From contig CAZIUL010000009.1 in the NCBI GenBank assembly GCA_964542475.1, positions 65,818-129,817 on the forward strand: a DNA stretch of 64,000 nt, read 5' to 3'. A program made the translations under genes and the position numbers. The notes under the pieces are model-generated. The model had not been told where the DNA came from and did no database searches. It saw only the letters and a list, made by a program, of their open reading frames with translations. Origin of the DNA: an uncultured Phycisphaerales bacterium (lineage in GTDB: Bacteria > Planctomycetota > B15-G4 > CAYZWU01). Shown here piece after piece: positions 58,930-64,000 of the stretch. Within the stretch, counting starts at the first letter, position 1, and each line of letters begins with the position of its first letter.

Positions 58930-61589
58930 TTCCGGGGCGAAGCAGCACCTTGCAGGCGATGGTGATTCTCGGCCTTGCCGCCCTCCTTCTCTTTGCGGAG
59001 CTGCTGTTTTCTGGAAGGCTTCCGTTCCCGGCGCACACCGACGCTTTCCTGCCATGGAGAAGCGGCTCAAGCCCGGAGCACCTGGCTGCGGTCAGGGAGC
59101 GCATGAACCACGAGGTCACGGACAAGCAGTTCTCGTTTCACCCGGACAACCAGGTCGCCTGCGACGCCTTTCAGGACGGCCGCCTGCCGCTCTGGAATCC
59201 GTACCAGATGGCAGGGCTTCCCTACCTTGGCCAGAGCCTCTACGGTGTCTTTTACCCGCTGAACCTTCCCATGTTCATTCCAGGCCCGCCGGAAAAGTGG
59301 TACGCGCCGCTCGCGGCTTTGCACTTCTTCATGGCCGGTTTTTTTACATATCTTTTGCTGAAACGTCTCGGTCTTTCAGGCGCGGCCGCGCTTGCCGGTG
59401 GACTGATCTTCATGTGCTCGGCGAACATGACCGCCAGGTTCCACTACTACATGACGATCTACCCCATGGCCTGGGCCCCGCTCATGCTCTACCTCGTGCA
59501 CAAATACAACAGGGACCGCTCAATCCTGAGCCTTTGCGGACTCGCCGCGGTGAGCGCTCTCACCCTTCTGACCGGGTTCCAGCAGGTGGCTGCCTACCTG
59601 TTTTGCCTGGTCATGGTTTTCAGCCTGTTCTGGTGCGCCCGAGACCGGTACGAGATCAGGGTGAAGCCGGGCCTGCTCGCTGTGGCAGCTGTCGGGGCCG
59701 CCGGACTCGCTGCTGCAGCCGCCGGCATGAATCCGTGGATGGCCTACACATTCGGCGCGCCCCTGGCGGTTCTATGCTTCTTCGCGGTAGGCAAGGGGTT
59801 TTTCCGGTGGATCTCGGCCGCGCTGCCCGTGGGGTTCGCGCTCTGCCTGAGCGTAGGCCTTGCAGCGGTGCAGCTTGCGCCGGTCCTGGCCTTGATGCCG
59901 CTTTCGATGCGGGTTCCCATCGCTCCCATGTCGATGATCAATGATCTGCACCTTCCGGGCGCGGGATTGATCGGGCTCATCATGCCCACCCTGCTGAACG
60001 ACCCGGTCTGGGCTCTTTCAAGCACTTCCTTCAACCTGGCGGGCACGGTGCTGGCGGGCGGGGTTAAAGGGCTGAACTACACGGAGAACAGCCTCTACAT
60101 CGGAGTGCTTCCCCTGGTCCTTGTCGCCTTTTGCGCGTTCAAAGGCAAGGGCAGCGGCAAAGCGGTTCTGATCGCTGCACTCTGTCTGGTTTGCGTGGGC
60201 ATCGCCTTGGGGATCTCCTTGGTCATTCTTCCCTACTGGTTAGCCCCGCCGTTCAGGTACGGCGATCCCAGGCGGGCACTGCTCGTTTTCTCGTTCCTGA
60301 TGAGCCTTCTGGCAGCTTTCGGATTCGAACGTATCCGAAAGGGCGCAATAGGGACAACGCGCGCTCTCGTGCCTGCCCTAGCTCTTGTGGCAGTTGCCGT
60401 TGCATGCGCGGCAGGAGCGGTTTTCGCATGCGTGCCGATCGCGGAGTTCTTTCACGGATGCCTGGTCGCGAGCTCCCCGGAAGCTGCATCACAGCTGCCT
60501 GGAGGTTTAACGGATGAGATCATCATGGAAAACGGCGGACAGGTCCGCTGGGCCCTGCTCCATCTCGCGCTCGCGTCCGCGCTCGGGGGCGCGGCCCTGA
60601 TGCGCCTGTCGTTCAGGCCGGGCCGCCTTGCCATCGCGTTGGTGCTTCTTGCCGTGGCCGTGGATCTTATGCCGCTTTCCTGGCGTGTAAACCCGCCCCA
60701 GGACCCAGAAGGTTTCCTGGGAACCGATCCGAGCATCGCTGTCATGTGCAAAGACACGGACAACGGCCCGTTCAGGATCTACCGCTACACCGAAGAGACC
60801 GCCTCCGCCGCCCGGATTCCACTCCCCCCTGACATGACGACACATTTCCAAATCGAGGATGTGGAAGGCCACGTGGCACAGCCGCTCAAAAGGTACTTCG
60901 AGCTCTTAAACGCGGTGCAGCCGGATCCCCCGGTTGCGCCCATAGGCTCCAAGGTGCTGCCGATCTCAAAAACCGAAGCGCTCGATTCCCCGCTGCTCGA
61001 TCTTCTCGGGGTCAGGTACATGCTAACAACCCGCGAAATCCCCGATGGAATGGGATATGAGAGCGTCCATGCCGCAAATGGAATCCATGTCTACGAAAAC
61101 AAGGAGGCGTTCCCGCGCGCTTTCCTCGTTCCATCGGCGCGGTTCATCGAAGCGGAAGATCAGGATGCCCGGGCCGAATCGCTGAAAGCCGTGCTTGAGC
61201 TCGGTCCGGGACAGGGCCTGCGCTCGCAAGCCGTGGTGGAAGGAGATCCTTTCGGTTTCTTTCCCGCTGAAGGCCCGCTGCCGGAGGCCAGGGTCATCTA
61301 CCGCTCCCCTGAGGAGGTGGAGGTCGCCTTTGACACCCCGGCGCCGGGCGGGTTGCTGGTGCTCACCGACACATACTACCCCGGATGGAAGGCCGAGATC
61401 GACGGGAAAGAACACCCGGTCATGCCTGCTGACCACGCATTCCGCTGCGTGTGCGTGCCGCGAGGAAGCCGAAAGGTCGTGTTTTCTTTCGAACCTCCCG
61501 AGGTAAAGGTGGGCATCGCTGTGAGCCTGGCGAGTGTTGCCTTGTTGCTCCTCGCCTCAGCCTGGGTCCTCCTCAAAAAACGCCCGTAG
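58926..61589 (+). CDS. YfhO-family polytopic membrane transferase-like protein (887 aa), second paralogue
   Basis: Many TM helices. C-terminal motif VLTDTYYPGWKAEIDGKEHPV...RKVVFSFEPP plus a terminal TM. Same architecture as 51500-54442. Confidence 0.65.
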   Translation: MIPGRSSTLQAMVILGLAALLLFAELLFSGRLPFPAHTDAFLPWRSGSSPEHLAAVRERMNHEVTDKQFSFHPDNQVACDAFQDGRLPLWNPYQMAGLPYLGQSLYGVFYPLNLPMFIPGPPEKWYAPLAALHFFMAGFFTYLLLKRLGLSGAAALAGGLIFMCSANMTARFHYYMTIYPMAWAPLMLYLVHKYNRDRSILSLCGLAAVSALTLLTGFQQVAAYLFCLVMVFSLFWCARDRYEIRVKPGLLAVAAVGAAGLAAAAAGMNPWMAYTFGAPLAVLCFFAVGKGFFRWISAALPVGFALCLSVGLAAVQLAPVLALMPLSMRVPIAPMSMINDLHLPGAGLIGLIMPTLLNDPVWALSSTSFNLAGTVLAGGVKGLNYTENSLYIGVLPLVLVAFCAFKGKGSGKAVLIAALCLVCVGIALGISLVILPYWLAPPFRYGDPRRALLVFSFLMSLLAAFGFERIRKGAIGTTRALVPALALVAVAVACAAGAVFACVPIAEFFHGCLVASSPEAASQLPGGLTDEIIMENGGQVRWALLHLALASALGGAALMRLSFRPGRLAIALVLLAVAVDLMPLSWRVNPPQDPEGFLGTDPSIAVMCKDTDNGPFRIYRYTEETASAARIPLPPDMTTHFQIEDVEGHVAQPLKRYFELLNAVQPDPPVAPIGSKVLPISKTEALDSPLLDLLGVRYMLTTREIPDGMGYESVHAANGIHVYENKEAFPRAFLVPSARFIEAEDQDARAESLKAVLELGPGQGLRSQAVVEGDPFGFFPAEGPLPEARVIYRSPEEVEVAFDTPAPGGLLVLTDTYYPGWKAEIDGKEHPVMPADHAFRCVCVPRGSRKVVFSFEPPEVKVGIAVSLASVALLLLASAWVLLKKRP

Positions 61590-61611
61590 GGGCGAAAACC
61601 CTTCCGCCCTC

Positions 61612-61651
61612 TAACCCGCATATTTCATCCTCTTCTGCTGCGGCACCGTAA
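61612..61651. repeat. Family-A repeat, solo copy
   Basis: taacccgcatatttcatcctcttctgctgcggcaccgtaa. Generates the spurious ORF tail ...NPHISSSSAAAP. Confidence 0.7.
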
Positions 61652-61652
61652 A

Positions 61653-61690
61653 CAAAAAAAAGGGGCGCTTTTCAGCGCCCCTGATTTTTT
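61653..61690. terminator. Bidirectional rho-independent terminator
   Basis: aaaaaaaa-ggggcgcttttcagcgcccc-tgatttttt. Lies between the convergent YfhO (+) and citrate synthase (-) genes. Confidence 0.8.
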
Positions 61691-61714
61691 CGATATATTT
61701 CCGCCTGAATGCTT

Positions 61715-63019
61715 TTAGTTGAAAAAGTTCTCCTTGGCGAACTTGGTGGTGAATGTTTTCGGCCGCTCGAGCGGGAGGAGCAGGCCGCGGTCCCAGACCA
61801 GGTTTCCGCACACGCCCATCGCCCTTGAGACGCCGAACAGCACCGTGTAGAAGTCGTACTCGGTCATGCCGTAGTGTACGAGCAGGCAGCCGGAATGGGC
61901 ATCAACATTGGGCCACGGATTCTTGGCCTTGCCTTGCTCCCTGAGGATGTCCGGCGCGACCTCGTAGATGCCGCTGACGACCTTGAAGATCTCGTCTTCC
62001 GGCAGGTGCTTCAGGGCGAACTCTCTCTGCGCCGAATACCTGGGATCGGTCTTTCTCAGCACGGCATGTCCGTAACCGGGGATGACCTGTCCGCTGTTCA
62101 GGGTGTCCCAGAGGAACTTGACGATCTGGTCCTTGGTGGGAACACCGCCGCCGAGCTTCTCCTTGACATCCATGATCCAGCGCAGCACCTCCTGGTTCGC
62201 AAGCCCGTGCAACGGACCGGCGAGCGCGTTGATGCCGGCTGACAGCGAGTAGTACGGATCCGAAAGCGTGGAGCCTACCAGGTGAGTGGTGTGAGCGCTC
62301 GCGTTGCCGCCTTCATGGTCCGAATGAATGGTCAGGTAGAGGCGAAGGAGCTCTTTGAACTTCTCGTCGTCGTAACCCATCATCTGTGCGAAGTTGCCGC
62401 CCCAGTCCAGGTTGGAATCGGCTTCGATCTTCTGGCCGCCCTTGTAGGAACGGTTGTAAACCATCGCGGCAAGCGCTGGGAGCCTGGCGAGGAGGTTCAT
62501 GACGTCCTCATATGTCGGATCCCAGTACTCCATCTTGTTGATGCCCTCGCGGTACTGCTTGGCAAAGATCGAATCTTTCTGCATGGAAAGGATGCCCAGG
62601 GAAAACTGGGTCATGGGGTGCATATCCGTTGGCAGGGAATCGAGCATCTTCACGGTGTAGTCTGGAAGCGCGCCGCGGCTCCTCCACTCTTCGGTTACCT
62701 CCGCGACTTGGGCAGCCGTGGGAAGCTCGCCTGTCATGAGAAGCCAGAACAGGCCTTCGGGCAGAGGCTCGGCTCCTCCCTTGGCCTTGGGCAGCTTCTC
62801 CTGGAGCTCCGGAATGGTGTAGCCCCTGAACCTGATCCCCTCTTCCGGATCCAGATAGGAAAGCTCCCACGACATGCACTTGATGCCGCGCATGCCGCCG
62901 TAAGCCTGCTTCAGGGTCACTTCGTGGATAACGTCATCGCCGTGCTCCTTGATGAGCGACTTGATCTCCTCTCCCTGTGCGAGGATTGCGGTTCTGACCT
63001 TTTCTTTTAATGTTCCCAT
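61715..63019 (-). CDS. gltA: Citrate synthase, eukaryotic (mitochondrial)-type
   Basis: 434 aa, collinear with animal mitochondrial citrate synthase (GGMRG, LHPMTQFS, HSDHEGGNASAHT, GYGHAVLRKTDPRY, NVDAHSG). This is not the usual bacterial hexameric type. Confidence 0.9.
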   Translation of the reverse strand: MGTLKEKVRTAILAQGEEIKSLIKEHGDDVIHEVTLKQAYGGMRGIKCMSWELSYLDPEEGIRFRGYTIPELQEKLPKAKGGAEPLPEGLFWLLMTGELPTAAQVAEVTEEWRSRGALPDYTVKMLDSLPTDMHPMTQFSLGILSMQKDSIFAKQYREGINKMEYWDPTYEDVMNLLARLPALAAMVYNRSYKGGQKIEADSNLDWGGNFAQMMGYDDEKFKELLRLYLTIHSDHEGGNASAHTTHLVGSTLSDPYYSLSAGINALAGPLHGLANQEVLRWIMDVKEKLGGGVPTKDQIVKFLWDTLNSGQVIPGYGHAVLRKTDPRYSAQREFALKHLPEDEIFKVVSGIYEVAPDILREQGKAKNPWPNVDAHSGCLLVHYGMTEYDFYTVLFGVSRAMGVCGNLVWDRGLLLPLERPKTFTTKFAKENFFN

Positions 63020-63164
63020 ACTCCTGCTCCTTGTTAAACAAACAAATATTGATTAATGCAACAATGCCTTACTTTACATGAATGCAAAACCGAGACTTTA
63101 ACAAAGAACGTCAATTTTGCAGTGCTGCCGAGTTGTTTTCAAGCATAAAAACAGGGGAGTTTTG

Positions 63165-63215
63165 GAAGATTAAGGAAGGAGGAAGGAGGAAGGAGGAAGA
63201 AGAAGAGGAAGAGAA
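63165..63215. repeat. Purine-rich simple repeat (aaggaggaaggaggaaggaggaagaagaagaggaagag)
   Basis: Tandem GGAAGGAG-like units in the gltA upstream region. Polypyrimidine on the gltA sense strand. Confidence 0.6.
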
Positions 63216-63241
63216 CCACGGATCAACACGGATAAATCATT

Positions 63242-63991
63242 TTATAGCGGTTCTCTTCTCCCGATCCCCACCCCGGCCAGGTAAAGGAAAAGCGTCACAG
63301 TCGCCAACAGGTGAAGGGCCGCGGGTACACAGCTAGAGATTGACCCGCCTGCCAGGGTGATGGGATCGAGGCGGCTGAACGCGGGTGTAAAAAGCGCCAG
63401 CGGGAGGGGGATGAAATCGGAGGCGTAACCCAGCACAAGGACAAGCGCGGCGCACACACATGCCGGGGCATATGAAAAAAACCTGGATATCATCAAGACA
63501 AGCGCACACACAGGCAGGCAGGAAAAAAAAGCGCACACTGTCCCGGTCAAGGGTCCTGCCCGGACGGCTGCCCTTGAAACGCAAATTTCCCAGACCACGG
63601 ACAGGAAAACGCCGCCAAGCAGGAAATAGATGAGAAGCGCCAGGGCAAACCCGGTAAAAAGGCCTGTAACAACCGCGTTCTTTCCAGGAGAAAGGGCGAA
63701 AAAAACCTCGCTGGCCCGGCGTCCTTTCGAAGGCACCAGCAGAAGGGGAACGAAAATCAGAGCGCTCAAGCAGCCCCCTGTGTAAAGCGTGGAAACTCCG
63801 GCATCCGTGTAATGGCGCGCGTCAGCCGCGATCCCCGGGGAAAACGGCACTGTACTCAGGCAGCTGAGCACGATAAAAAACGCGGAACAGATCAGGAACC
63901 CCGGGCGTCTGGCAGTGTCGAGAAAAGCGACCCTTGCAAAGGCGGTCATCTGGTTAATGAAAGCGGTGGATTTGTTCATCTTAACCCGCAT
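63242..63991 (-). CDS. Polytopic membrane protein, function unknown
   Basis: 249 aa, about 6 hydrophobic helices, no recognisable motif. Start uncertain. Confidence 0.4.
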   Translation of the reverse strand: MRVKMNKSTAFINQMTAFARVAFLDTARRPGFLICSAFFIVLSCLSTVPFSPGIAADARHYTDAGVSTLYTGGCLSALIFVPLLLVPSKGRRASEVFFALSPGKNAVVTGLFTGFALALLIYFLLGGVFLSVVWEICVSRAAVRAGPLTGTVCAFFSCLPVCALVLMISRFFSYAPACVCAALVLVLGYASDFIPLPLALFTPAFSRLDPITLAGGSISSCVPAALHLLATVTLFLYLAGVGIGRREPL

Positions 63992-64000
63992 ATTTCATCC
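63982..64000. repeat. Family-A repeat, copy cut by the window end (taacccgcatatttcatcc)
   Basis: Exact match to the first 19 nt of the motif. Confidence 0.6.

Noticed and set aside
63082-63336. ORF encoding ...GGRRKEEEEEEENHGST
   Set aside because: It is generated by the purine-rich simple repeat in the gltA upstream region. A low-complexity artefact.
1-64000. CRISPR arrays, rRNA genes, integrases/transposases, restriction-modification or toxin-antitoxin modules
   Set aside because: I looked for regularly spaced direct repeats and hallmark motifs and found none. The only repeats are the two palindromic element families, the (GGN)n tracts and the purine-rich tract.

Overview
The window reads as a GC-rich bacterial chromosomal segment, apparently from a Gram-negative, type IV pilus (T4P)-bearing lineage. 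No CRISPR arrays, rRNA genes or integrases/transposases were seen.

Contents by region:
- 4-14 kb, minus strand: a T4P core block (pilin, TPR protein, pilC, pilB, pilT, pilD) with a divergent EF-G paralogue wedged between pilT and pilD.
- Next to it, three paralogous very large predicted lipoproteins (1-2650 partial, 14477-18575, 18668-21952). Each starts with a signal peptide, then a lipobox Cys, then an 8-15 residue poly-Gly tract, and each carries further internal Gly-rich and beta-helix-like repeats. This is the most unusual feature in the window.
- 22-31 kb: mnmE-like, coaX, a PDZ protein, a second pilT/pilU, obg, rpmA, rplU, rng and a DUF2344 gene.
- 32-37 kb: a pilM-pilN-pilO/P(fused)-pilQ operon.
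- 37-44 kb: an rpoN-truA-hpf-ptsN-hpr cluster, then recR-ybaB-dnaX. The dnaX gene carries an E. coli-like A AAA AAG slippery heptamer in frame.
- 44.6-45.0 kb: two tRNA-Ser genes.
- 45-51 kb: tadA, a histone H1-like Lys/Ala-rich gene, and a prkA-yeaH-spoVR operon.
- 51-62 kb: a glycan-modification-like cluster (two YfhO-family membrane transferases, a GT2 polyprenol-phosphate glycosyltransferase, a FAD oxidoreductase and two SAM methyltransferases).
- 62-64 kb: a eukaryotic-type citrate synthase and an unassigned membrane protein.

Two families of short intergenic palindromic (MITE/REP-like) repeats are scattered through the window. They create several spurious ORFs in the track.

Caveats: sigma54 promoter consensus was searched for in only two intergenic regions (upstream of the pilin gene, and the 21953-22465 region upstream of the giant-lipoprotein genes) and not found there; the upstream regions of the other T4P, giant-lipoprotein and YfhO/GT2 operons were not scanned. 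Putting giant lipoproteins, T4P genes and a glycosylation cluster in one neighbourhood points to a cell-surface/adhesion locus, but this is inference.
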